A stretch of DNA of 57,283 nucleotides. Source: Acidobacteriota bacterium (lineage in GTDB: Bacteria > Acidobacteriota > Terriglobia > Acidiferrales > 2-02-FULL-67-57). The notes under the pieces are model-generated. The model was not told the DNA's origin. It made no database searches and was given only the letters and a program-made list of their open reading frames with translations. Positions 26,829 to 35,265 of the stretch are shown here, piece by piece (position 1 is the stretch's first letter; each line of letters starts with the position of its first letter). The stretch spans positions 1 to 57,283 of the forward strand of contig JACQTJ010000098.1 of NCBI GenBank assembly GCA_016210855.1, in the 5' to 3' direction. Position numbers and translations under genes: made by a program.

Positions 26829-27437
26829 GTGTCTTCTTCCCTCCGCTTCCACCGCGAACAAGAGGCTGTCCGCATCGAGCTGGCCAGCCCCGACGGCCTC
26901 CCCCGCCTGAGCGCTTCCCTGCTCGAGCAGCTGGACGCCGAGCTGGCCCGGCTCCTGGCTGACCCCACCTGTCACGGCATCGTGATTCACGGCAGCGAGA
27001 AATGTTTCGCTGCCGGGGCGGAGATCGCCGAAGTGGCGGCCCTCGGTGGCGTGACAGCGCTGGCGTTTGCCCGTCGCGGCCAGTTCCTGTTTGACAGGCT
27101 GGCTGGGGCGGGCAAACCCGCGGTTGCGGCGGTGAGCGGCTACTGCCTGGGGGGCGGATTCGACCTGGCCTTGGCCTCTCAGTGGCGCGTGGCGACTCCG
27201 GACGCCATCTTCGGTCACCCCGGCCCTACGCTCGGTTTACTGACCGGCTGGGGCGGTACGCAGCGCCTGGCAGCGTTGATCGGGCAGGGCCGCGCCCTCG
27301 AGTTGCTCCTCGCCAGCGATCCCGTGCCCGCTGACCGGGCTCTTGCCCTCGGGCTCGTGGACGAGCTCGTCCCTCAAGAACAGCTCCTGCCGCGGGCGCT
27401 CAAACGTGCCCGCCAACTGGCGCACACGCAGACTTGA
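26829..27437 (+). CDS. short crotonase-superfamily protein (202 aa)
   Basis: GTG start 3 nt after the icmB stop. Crotonase motifs FAAGAEI, AVSGYCLGGGFDLAL and GWGGTQRL. Lacks the usual C-terminal ~60 aa. Confidence 0.8.
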   Translation: MSSSLRFHREQEAVRIELASPDGLPRLSASLLEQLDAELARLLADPTCHGIVIHGSEKCFAAGAEIAEVAALGGVTALAFARRGQFLFDRLAGAGKPAVAAVSGYCLGGGFDLALASQWRVATPDAIFGHPGPTLGLLTGWGGTQRLAALIGQGRALELLLASDPVPADRALALGLVDELVPQEQLLPRALKRARQLAHTQT

Positions 27438-27494
27438 CCCCTTGGCGGGAATGAATTAACGTTCCCCTGCCCCGCGCTTCAAAATTGCACTGAG

Positions 27495-28649
27495 ATGCCT
27501 AACCGGGTCGCCATCATCGGCGTCGGCTGCACGCCCGCTCAGCCCACCACCCCCTATCTTTCTTTCAAGGAGTTGATGTTCCAGGAGGCCGAGCGCGCCT
27601 ACCTGGACGCGGGCATCGAGGCCAGCGAGGTGGAATCCTTCGTCACCTGCGCCGAAGACTTGAACGAAGGCCTCTCCATTTTCGACGAATACACCCCGGA
27701 CCAGCTGGGGGCCGTGCAAAAGCCCATGCACACCCTAACCCAGGACGGCCTGCACGGCATTGCCGACGCGGTGATGCAGATCCAGAGCGGTCTGGTGGAG
27801 CTGGTGGTGGTCGAGGCCCACAGCAAGGCGTCGAACATCCTCACGCCCGAGTGGATTCTTGATTACGCCGTGGATCCAGTCTGGAACCGCCCGCTCGGCT
27901 TCAACCCGCACGCCATCGCCGGCCTGGAAATGAACGTCTTCCTGCACGAGACCGGCATCACCCCCGACCAGTGCGCCCACGTCACCGCCAAGAACCGCAC
28001 GAACGCCCTGCGCAATCCGCTGGCGGCGTACCCGGCCCGCACCGCCCCGGGCGACGTGGCCGATTCCCCTTACGCTTTCTACCCGCTGCGGGAAACTGAG
28101 ATGGCCCGGACCGCCGACGGCTGCGTGGTGGTTGTGCTCGCGAGCGACGATCGCGCCCGGGCTGGCAAGTCCCAGCCCGTGTGGGTGCGGGGCGTCGGCT
28201 TCGCGAACGACAGCTCCACGCTTGAATCGCGCGACTGGATCCGGGCCGAATACTGCCGGGTGGCGGCGCAGATGGCTTACCGCCAGGCCGGCATCCACAA
28301 TCCCGGCCGCGACATTCACCTCTTCGAAGTGGACGACACCTACGCCTACAAGGAGCTGCAGCACCTGGTGGCCCTGGGCCTCTACTCCCGGCCGGGCGAC
28401 GCCGGCCGCGCCGTGGCCAGCGGCGTGACCAAGCCGAACGGGGAGACTCCGGTGAACGTCTCCGGCGGGGCCCTGGGGATGGGCCTGACGCTCGAAGCCA
28501 CAGGGCTCTACCGCGTTGCCGAGCTCGTGGCCCAACTTCGCAAGCAAGCCGGCGCCCGGCAGCTCCCCCACGCCAAAGTCGCCTTGGCGCAGTCCTGGCG
28601 CGGCGTGCCGACCACGAGCGGGGCCGTGGTGGTGCTGAGTTCAGAATGA
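27495..28649 (+). CDS. SCP2/thiolase-fold protein lacking canonical catalytic residues
   Basis: Thiolase-like layout (VAIIGVGCTP..., NVSGGALGMG..., VAELVAQLRKQAGARQ). The Cys nucleophile position reads TQDG and the GHP position reads GLT. Confidence 0.8.
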   Translation: MPNRVAIIGVGCTPAQPTTPYLSFKELMFQEAERAYLDAGIEASEVESFVTCAEDLNEGLSIFDEYTPDQLGAVQKPMHTLTQDGLHGIADAVMQIQSGLVELVVVEAHSKASNILTPEWILDYAVDPVWNRPLGFNPHAIAGLEMNVFLHETGITPDQCAHVTAKNRTNALRNPLAAYPARTAPGDVADSPYAFYPLRETEMARTADGCVVVVLASDDRARAGKSQPVWVRGVGFANDSSTLESRDWIRAEYCRVAAQMAYRQAGIHNPGRDIHLFEVDDTYAYKELQHLVALGLYSRPGDAGRAVASGVTKPNGETPVNVSGGALGMGLTLEATGLYRVAELVAQLRKQAGARQLPHAKVALAQSWRGVPTTSGAVVVLSSE

Positions 28650-28659
28650 GCCGACCACG

Positions 28660-29832
28660 ATGAGCATGCGTCGAGTAGCGGTGGTCGGGGCGGGCATGAC
28701 CAAGTTCATGCGGCGCGCCCTGGAGACGCCGAAGGAGCTGGCCTGGCTCGCAGCCAAGGGGGCGCTTGATTCGGCCGGGATGACCCTCGACCAAATCCAG
28801 GGGGTCGTGCACGGCACCGCCCCGGACGCCTTCGACGGCCTGCACATGAAGGGCGAGTACCTCTCGGAAGGCTCGGGCGGCTGGAAGAAGCCCTACCTGC
28901 GCTGCTACGTGGGCGGCGGCACCGGGGTCTACGCCATTGCCCAGGGCTGGTTCCAGGTGGCCTCGGGGCTGTTCGATACCGCGCTCGTCGTCTGCGAAGA
29001 GAAGATGTCCACTTGCCTGCCCCACCCGCAGGCTGCTTTCCTCACCATCTTCGACAACATTACCGAGCAGCCGCTGAAGCCGAACCTGCTGTGGATTTTT
29101 GCGCTCGAGCAGAACCGCTACATGGCCCGGCACGGCATCAGGGTCGAGGAGATTGCTCGCGTCTCGGTCAAGAACAAGCGCAACGCCCTCGGGCATCCCT
29201 CCGCGCAGCTCGGCGCGGAGCTCACGGTGAAAGACGTACTGGCGTCGGAAATCATGGCCTGGCCGGTACACCGGCTGATGGTCAGCCCCACCAGCGACGG
29301 TGCCGCCGCCGTAGTTCTTGCCGCGGAAGACGTTGCCAAGCGCGTCACCGACAAGCCGGTCTGGATTCAGGGCGTGGGCTGGTGTCTGGACACCACCTAT
29401 TGGACCAACCGAGACCTCTACTACCCGGAGTACGTGGAAAAGGCCGCCTGGATGGCCTACCACATGGCCGGCATCCGCGAGCCGCGCCAGGAAATCAACA
29501 TCGCCGAGCCCTACGACCCCTTCGCCTACAAGGAACTGCATCATTTGGAGGGCCTGCAACTCGCCCCCAAGGGTAAGGCCCCCCAACTGCTCGCCGACGG
29601 CGTCTTTGACCGCGACGGCGACCTGCCCTCCTCCCCCTCGGGCGGGCTGCTTGGGGTCGGCAATCCCATCGCCGCCGCCGGTACGATGAAAGTCTGCGAG
29701 CTCTTCTGGCAACTGCGCGGCGAAGCCGGGCCGCGCCAAGTGCCAGGCAAGCCCAGGCGCGGTGTGGCCCAGGCATGGGGCGACTTGATGCAAGTGGGCA
29801 CGGTGGTGGTAATGGGGACGGCGCAGCTATGA
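28660..29832 (+). CDS. SCP2/thiolase-fold protein lacking canonical catalytic residues (second copy)
   Basis: VAVVGAGMTKF..., SGGLLGVGNPIAAAGTMKVCELFWQLRGEAGPRQVPG closely follows SCP2-thiolase consensus. The Cys position reads GGTG and GHP reads GNP. Confidence 0.8.
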   Translation: MSMRRVAVVGAGMTKFMRRALETPKELAWLAAKGALDSAGMTLDQIQGVVHGTAPDAFDGLHMKGEYLSEGSGGWKKPYLRCYVGGGTGVYAIAQGWFQVASGLFDTALVVCEEKMSTCLPHPQAAFLTIFDNITEQPLKPNLLWIFALEQNRYMARHGIRVEEIARVSVKNKRNALGHPSAQLGAELTVKDVLASEIMAWPVHRLMVSPTSDGAAAVVLAAEDVAKRVTDKPVWIQGVGWCLDTTYWTNRDLYYPEYVEKAAWMAYHMAGIREPRQEINIAEPYDPFAYKELHHLEGLQLAPKGKAPQLLADGVFDRDGDLPSSPSGGLLGVGNPIAAAGTMKVCELFWQLRGEAGPRQVPGKPRRGVAQAWGDLMQVGTVVVMGTAQL

Positions 29833-30377
29833 GCGGAGAGCCCCGTACCGTTCGCGGCACGCCGCTTGAGCTGGCGGACCTGAAGAAAGGCAAAGTCTTC
29901 ACAACGGCCTACGTGCCCAAGATTCAGTATGCCTGGGACACGGGCGTGGCCATCGGCCGCTATCTGGAGGAACTCAAGAACGGCCGGCTCATCGCTCGGC
30001 GCTGCCAGCGCTGCCAGCGAACCATGGTTCCCCCGCGGATGTTCTGCGAGCGCTGCTTCCGCTCCACCGACGAGTGGGTCTACGTCCAGGACACCGGCAC
30101 GGTGAACACCTTCTCGCTCTGCTACGTCTCCTGGGACGTGCGCCGACTGAAAACGCCGGAGATCCCGGCGGTCATCGAGATCGACGGCGCCTCACCGGGC
30201 ATGGGCATCATGCACGTGTTGGGCAAGGTCAACCCCAAGCAGGTGCGCGTGGGTATGCGGGTGCGCGCCGTCTGGAAGCCGCCCCCCCAGCGCACCGGAA
30301 GCATCACCGACATCCTCTACTTCGCCCCCATCAAGGGCAAGACGACCAAAGTGGGGACCGCGAAGAAACCCCGATGA
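29829..30377 (+). CDS. DUF35 Zn-ribbon/OB-fold protein
   Basis: ATGA overlap with the upstream gene. Zn ribbon CQRCQRTMVPPRMFCERC followed by an OB-like segment. Confidence 0.8.
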   Translation: MSGEPRTVRGTPLELADLKKGKVFTTAYVPKIQYAWDTGVAIGRYLEELKNGRLIARRCQRCQRTMVPPRMFCERCFRSTDEWVYVQDTGTVNTFSLCYVSWDVRRLKTPEIPAVIEIDGASPGMGIMHVLGKVNPKQVRVGMRVRAVWKPPPQRTGSITDILYFAPIKGKTTKVGTAKKPR

Positions 30378-30838
30378 AGACACCGAAGAACACGGAGACG
30401 CGAACCTGGCCCGGGGCGATACCCCTGGAGTCGCTCTACACCGCCGGCCTGGGCGGACAGGTTTTCTTCAAGGCCCTCAAGGAGCGGGGCGAGATCGTCG
30501 GCACCCGCTGCGCGTCCTGCAAACAGGTGTACGTCCCGGCGCGCGTCTTCTGTGAACGCTGCTTTGCGGAGTTGAGCGAGCAGGTCACGGTCAGGCCCCA
30601 AGGCACGCTGGTCAGCTTCACCTTCAGCAACTTCAACCGCGACGCCCAGCCGCTGGCCAGGCCCCAGGCCCTTGCGCTGGTGCGCCTGGACGAGGCCAGC
30701 ACTGTTCTTCTCCACTATCTCCTCAAGGTGACCGACCCCACGCAGGTGTCGATCGGCGCCCAGGTCAAGATGGTCATCAAGCCCAAGGCCAAGCGCACCG
30801 GTTCCATCCTCGACATCGAAGGGTTTGTCCTCGCCTAG
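30374..30838 (+). CDS. DUF35 Zn-ribbon/OB-fold protein (second copy)
   Basis: ATGA overlap with the upstream gene. Zn ribbon CASCKQVYVPARVFCERC followed by an OB-like segment. Confidence 0.8.
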   Translation: MKTPKNTETRTWPGAIPLESLYTAGLGGQVFFKALKERGEIVGTRCASCKQVYVPARVFCERCFAELSEQVTVRPQGTLVSFTFSNFNRDAQPLARPQALALVRLDEASTVLLHYLLKVTDPTQVSIGAQVKMVIKPKAKRTGSILDIEGFVLA

Positions 30839-31401
30839 TGCCCGAGAGATTGACGGAATTGGTTCGGGCTCTCCTTGAAACCGAGACCGACTGGGAGTCC
30901 GTTTCCCGGGGTAGCCTCATCGGCTGGCTGGTTTTCTACGCCCTGTTTCTTCTGCATGCAGCCACGGACGACGACGGCTTCCTGCTGATTGACCACGTGA
31001 ACCTTATCGTCCACGAAGCTGGCCACCTGCTCTTCGGCTGGTTGGGGATGACCCTCGGTCTCTACGGCGGCACCCTGCTGCAGTTCCTCGTCCCTCTGGC
31101 CCTGGGACTCTACTTCTGGCACGAGCGGAAGACCGCAGCGGTGGCCTTCGTCGTCTTCGTGCTTTTTGAGAACTGCCTCTATACCTCCGTCTACATGGCC
31201 GACGCCCGCGCCCAAGGGCTGCCGCTGGTAACAGTGGGCGACCCCGATGCCGGTGGGCATGACTGGAACCAGATCCTCTCCCGCTGGGGCCTGCTGGGCT
31301 ACGACACCAAGCTCGCCGCTCTGGTGCGCGTCTGCGGGTGGCTGGGGATGCTGGCCACCCCCGCCTGGCTCATCCATCGCCACCGCCAGACAGAGCCGTA
31401 A
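30838..31401 (+). CDS. polytopic membrane protein with an HExxH motif
   Basis: GTG start overlaps the preceding TAG by 1 nt. Four to five hydrophobic helices. IVHEAGHLLFG lies at a helix boundary. Confidence 0.6.
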   Translation: MPERLTELVRALLETETDWESVSRGSLIGWLVFYALFLLHAATDDDGFLLIDHVNLIVHEAGHLLFGWLGMTLGLYGGTLLQFLVPLALGLYFWHERKTAAVAFVVFVLFENCLYTSVYMADARAQGLPLVTVGDPDAGGHDWNQILSRWGLLGYDTKLAALVRVCGWLGMLATPAWLIHRHRQTEP

Positions 31402-31474
31402 CCGAGAAGCCTCTTCCGCCCGCAGCCGCCTCGGGCTATGCTTGCAGGGAAACAAGAGCAAAAAGGAGGGAGCC

Positions 31475-31864
31475 ATGGCTCGGATGGTTCGGACCCTAGG
31501 AGCGGGGTTGTGTCTGGCCGCCGTGTTCTTCGCCGGAGTGGCCGTGGGGCAGCAGAAGTACGGCGAGCCCAAGACGGTTCTGCACGTGGTGGCGCTGAAG
31601 TGGACGCCGGAGGCCACCGACGGGCAGAAGCAGCGCGCCCTGGATGGCATCAAGGACATGGCCGCCACCATCCCCGGCATCAAGAACATCTGGCTCAAGA
31701 CCGACCGGGTACAGCCGCGCGAGTATAGCGCCGCCTTCGCCATCGAGTTTGAGAGCCGCGAAGCGGCCGACGCTTACGCCGAGGATCCGGCGCACGAGCA
31801 GTGGTATCAGGTTTATCTCCCCCTGCGCGCCGAAAGCCGCTCCCTGCAAGTGACGAATCCCTGA
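31475..31864 (+). CDS. Dabb (stress-responsive alpha/beta barrel) domain protein with a signal peptide
   Basis: AGGAGGG SD before the ATG at 31475. VLHVVALKW...GIKNIW...HEQW pattern. Confidence 0.75.
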   Translation: MARMVRTLGAGLCLAAVFFAGVAVGQQKYGEPKTVLHVVALKWTPEATDGQKQRALDGIKDMAATIPGIKNIWLKTDRVQPREYSAAFAIEFESREAADAYAEDPAHEQWYQVYLPLRAESRSLQVTNP

Positions 31865-31875
31865 GGGCAGAACGA

Positions 31876-32331
31876 GTGCGCACCCGCTCCCATCGGCCGG
31901 AAGGCACGGAGAGTTCCCCGGATTTTGTGGATACCACCGTCCGGGTGCGCTACGCCGAGACCGACCAGATGGGTGTGGCCTACTACGCCAACCACTTCAT
32001 CTGGTTCGAGCTGGGGCGGACGGAGTTCTTCCGCCGCCGCGGCTATACCTACCGGGAGCTCGAGGAGCAGGAGGGCTGCTACATCATCGTCGCCGAGGCT
32101 CACTGTCGCTACCACTCCCCGGTCGGCTACGACGAGGTGCTCACCGTCCGCACCCGCGTGAAGCAGGCCCGCACTCGGGTGGTGATCTTTGGCTACGAAA
32201 TCTTGACGGGCGACGGGCGGAAGGTCGCCAGCGGCGAGACTCTCCACGTCATCACCGACCGCGACGGCAAGCCCCGCAGCCTGCCCGAGCGCTACCGCCA
32301 GGCCTTGCTCGCCCCTCTAGCCGTGCGGTGA
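31876..32331 (+). CDS. YbgC/4HBT-family acyl-CoA thioesterase
   Basis: VRVRYAETDQMGVAYYANHFIWFE hot-dog signature. The start is uncertain (GTG at 31876 or GTG at 31927). Confidence 0.8.
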   Translation: MRTRSHRPEGTESSPDFVDTTVRVRYAETDQMGVAYYANHFIWFELGRTEFFRRRGYTYRELEEQEGCYIIVAEAHCRYHSPVGYDEVLTVRTRVKQARTRVVIFGYEILTGDGRKVASGETLHVITDRDGKPRSLPERYRQALLAPLAVR

Positions 32332-32340
32332 GAGCGAACC

Positions 32341-33846
32341 ATGCTGATAGAACTCACCGGGAACAACCTCAGCGTCGAGCAGTTCCAGCGCGTGGTGTTC
32401 GACCACGAGAAGGTGGCGCTGGCAGGCTCGGCCCGGAAGGCAGTGGAGCGCTCGCGGGCGGTAGTTGAAAAGCTGATCGCAGAAAATGCCGTGGCCTACG
32501 GCATCACCACGGGCTTCGGCGACCTGGCCCGGGTCCGGATCGCCCCCGAGCAGTTGCGGGCCGTTCAGGTGAACCTCTTGCGCAGCCACTCGAGCGGCGT
32601 GGGCGAGCCGCTCCGTGAGACCGAGAGCCGGGCCACGGTGCTTCTGCGCGCCAACGTTCTGGCCAAAGGCTATTCAGGTGTGCGCCCCGTTGTCATCGAA
32701 CGCCTGTGCGAGATGCTCAACCGTGGCGTCCACCCGGTGATTCCTTCCCGGGGTTCGGTGGGCGCGAGCGGCGACCTGGCCCCGCTCTCCCACCTGGCTC
32801 TGGTGCTGCTCGGGGAAGGGGAAGCCTTCTACGAAGGGGCGCGCCTGAGCGGGCAGGAAGCTCTCCGCAAGGCCGGCATCGAAGCGATTCAACCCGAAGC
32901 CAAAGAAGGCCTGGCGCTCATCAACGGCACCCAACCGTCGCTGGCGGTAGGCCTGCTGGCGTTGCTGGAGGCGGAGAATCTCGTGGACACAGCCGACGTG
33001 GCCGCGGCCCTTTCCCTCGACGCCCTGCGGGGCACGCCCGTAGCTTTTGATGAGCGCATCCAGGCCCTGCGCCCCTTTCCGGGCCAGGCCCAGACGGCGG
33101 GCAACCTGCGACGGCTCAACGAAGGCAGCGAAATCCGCCAGTCGCACCTCGCTTGCGAGCGCATCCAAGACGCTTACAGCTTGCGCTGCACTCCCCAGGT
33201 GCACGGAGCGGTGCGGGACGCGCTCGGCTACACCCGCCGCATCTTCGAGATTGAGCTCAACAGCGGCACCGACAATCCCTTGGTGTTCGCCGAGGACGGT
33301 GAGGTGCTTTCGGGCGGCAACTTCCATGGCCAGCCGCTGGCCCTGGCGCTCGACGTGGTGGGGATTGCCCTGGCTCAACTCGGCAACATCAGCGAACGCC
33401 GCACCGAGCGGCTCATCAACTCCAGCCTGAGCGATCTGCCGCCGTTCTTGACCCGCCAGCCCGGCCTGCATTCCGGCTTTATGATGGCCCAGGTCACCGC
33501 CGCCGCCCTGGCCTCCGAGAACAAGGGCCTGGCCCATCCCGCCTCCGTGGATTCCATTCCCACCAGCGGCAACGAAGATTTTGTCCCGATGAGCATGGGG
33601 GCAGCGCTCAAGGCCGGGCGGATTGCCGACAACGTCAGGACCATTCTGGGGGTCGAGCTCCTGTGCGCCTGCCAGGGGATTGACCTTCTGGCGCCGCTCA
33701 AGACCGGGCGCCTGGCGGCGCAGGCGCACACGGCGGTGCGCCGCGTGGTCCCGATGCTCGAAGCCGACCGCGTGCTCTCCCCCGACATCGAAGCCCTCCG
33801 CCAGCTCATCTCCGATCGAACCTTCCAGAAGCTGCTGGCCTCGTAG
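32341..33846 (+). CDS. hutH: histidine ammonia-lyase
   Basis: MIO-forming GASGDLAPLSHL motif. The selectivity pair reads S-H (LLRSHSSGVG), as in HALs. No hutU or hutI in the window. Confidence 0.9.
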   Translation: MLIELTGNNLSVEQFQRVVFDHEKVALAGSARKAVERSRAVVEKLIAENAVAYGITTGFGDLARVRIAPEQLRAVQVNLLRSHSSGVGEPLRETESRATVLLRANVLAKGYSGVRPVVIERLCEMLNRGVHPVIPSRGSVGASGDLAPLSHLALVLLGEGEAFYEGARLSGQEALRKAGIEAIQPEAKEGLALINGTQPSLAVGLLALLEAENLVDTADVAAALSLDALRGTPVAFDERIQALRPFPGQAQTAGNLRRLNEGSEIRQSHLACERIQDAYSLRCTPQVHGAVRDALGYTRRIFEIELNSGTDNPLVFAEDGEVLSGGNFHGQPLALALDVVGIALAQLGNISERRTERLINSSLSDLPPFLTRQPGLHSGFMMAQVTAAALASENKGLAHPASVDSIPTSGNEDFVPMSMGAALKAGRIADNVRTILGVELLCACQGIDLLAPLKTGRLAAQAHTAVRRVVPMLEADRVLSPDIEALRQLISDRTFQKLLAS

Positions 33847-33897
33847 GCAGACCCGTTCCCGCGCCTCGTCTTTCGACTTTCAGTTCTCGGTTTCTAT

Positions 33898-34923
33898 TTA
33901 GGCGAGGGAGCGGCGGAGGAAGGGGAGGAAGCGCACGGCGGCCCAGTAGCTGAAGGGTGGCTTCCCGAGCGTGTAGTGGCCGCAGGGGAGCAGCAACCGT
34001 TCGTGCGCGATTCCCCGCCCCGCCAGCGCCGCCCAGACTTGGTTCGAGAACTCCGGCAGGAAGGAAAGGTCGTAGCGGCCAGAAACCAAGAGGACCTTTT
34101 TGTCCGTGCCCCTCATCCGCGCCACATAGGGGAAGGGGCTGATGGGCGCCCAGAAGTGGCGGATTTCATCAGCGCTCACCTGCCCGGCCAGGCCTGCCCA
34201 GACATGGGCGGTGGTCATCCCGGTGCGCACCACGTCGCCGAAATAGGTCGAGACGTGCAGGAACACGCCGGCCCGCAGCGCCGGCTCGTGGGCCAGGGTG
34301 ATGAAGGCCACCGAAGACCCGATGCTCGTGCCCAAAATCCCGAGCCGGGTGTAGCCCTGCTGCTCGAGCCAGCGCACCGCCCGGCGCGCATCGAGCACCG
34401 CCTGCCGCGAGGCCTGCAAGGTCAGGCCGATGTTCGGGCTGACCATGTAGTCGGCGCGGTCCAGCCCGGCCGGCATGCGCCGGTCGTGGTAGGGCAGGCT
34501 CAGGCGCAGGGCGCTGATGCCGACACGGTTGAGTGCCCGGCAGATGTTTACGTGCCCGTCCGGGTCGGCATTCCACTGCGGCAGCGCCAGCACGGCCCGC
34601 TTCGAGCCCGGCTGTCCGTTGCGCGGCTCTGCCGGAAACCAGCGGGCCGACACCAGGTTGTTCTCCGGGAAGGGAGAGGTGAGAGCGCTCGGGAAGGTCA
34701 AGAGGCCGTCGTGGAGCTGGTACCAGTCGGCCGGCCCGGTTGAAAAGAACCGGTCGCTCCCCGCCAGGGCCTGGTCGGAGTAGCGCCGGAGGAAGCTGCG
34801 AGGGTCGTCGCGCGCCGGGTCGCCCCCCAGGTGCTCAATGCCCCAGGCGAAGGGATAGGTCCGGCGGCGCGTCTCAGCGCGCCAGTAGCTGCGCTCCAAT
34901 TGCTGAATGACTTGCCTGAGCAT
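33898..34923 (-). CDS. alpha/beta-hydrolase-fold protein
   Basis: Start set at the ATG at 34923 (MLRQVIQQLE). Nucleophile-elbow-like GTSIGS. The upstream 309 codons of the track ORF are antisense to the GT2 gene and intergenic DNA. Confidence 0.75.
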   Translation of the reverse strand: MLRQVIQQLERSYWRAETRRRTYPFAWGIEHLGGDPARDDPRSFLRRYSDQALAGSDRFFSTGPADWYQLHDGLLTFPSALTSPFPENNLVSARWFPAEPRNGQPGSKRAVLALPQWNADPDGHVNICRALNRVGISALRLSLPYHDRRMPAGLDRADYMVSPNIGLTLQASRQAVLDARRAVRWLEQQGYTRLGILGTSIGSSVAFITLAHEPALRAGVFLHVSTYFGDVVRTGMTTAHVWAGLAGQVSADEIRHFWAPISPFPYVARMRGTDKKVLLVSGRYDLSFLPEFSNQVWAALAGRGIAHERLLLPCGHYTLGKPPFSYWAAVRFLPFLRRSLA

Positions 34924-35103
34924 GGCGTCGTCTCGCCGATTATTGGTGGAGTCTCGCGAAGTGTCAACGTGCTCTTCCCTCGGGCTCACCCGGTCTGGCT
35001 CAGCTCGCCCGACGTGGCGCCCCAGCCCGCCTGGGGCAGGTCGGCCTCGACGCTTGCCCAGAAATGCGATTTTCGTCCTCAAAACGCCCTCCTCAAAAAA
35101 CAC

Positions 35104-35139
35104 CCGCAGAAACCGCAGAGTCCGCGAAAACCGTAAACA
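35104..35139. repeat. four tandem degenerate 9-mers CCGCAGAAA/CCGCAGAGT/CCGCGAAAA/CCGTAAACA
   Basis: Read directly. Lies in the 342-nt divergent intergenic region, next to two CCTCAAAA copies at 35078 and 35091. Confidence 0.6.
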
Positions 35140-35265
35140 AGGGTGGGGCTGGATGCTACGGGCTAGGGACTGGAGGACAAGCAGGACTTCGAGAGCGTCA
35201 GGGCGTCTCGGTACCGTCAAACTACATTTGCCCGAGCCAATTTGCGATAATGCGCCGCGAAACGG

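Noticed and set aside
27982-29793. 603-aa minus-strand ORF
   Set aside because: It is antisense to the two thiolase-fold genes. It has an Arg/Pro/Gly-rich composition with no domain.
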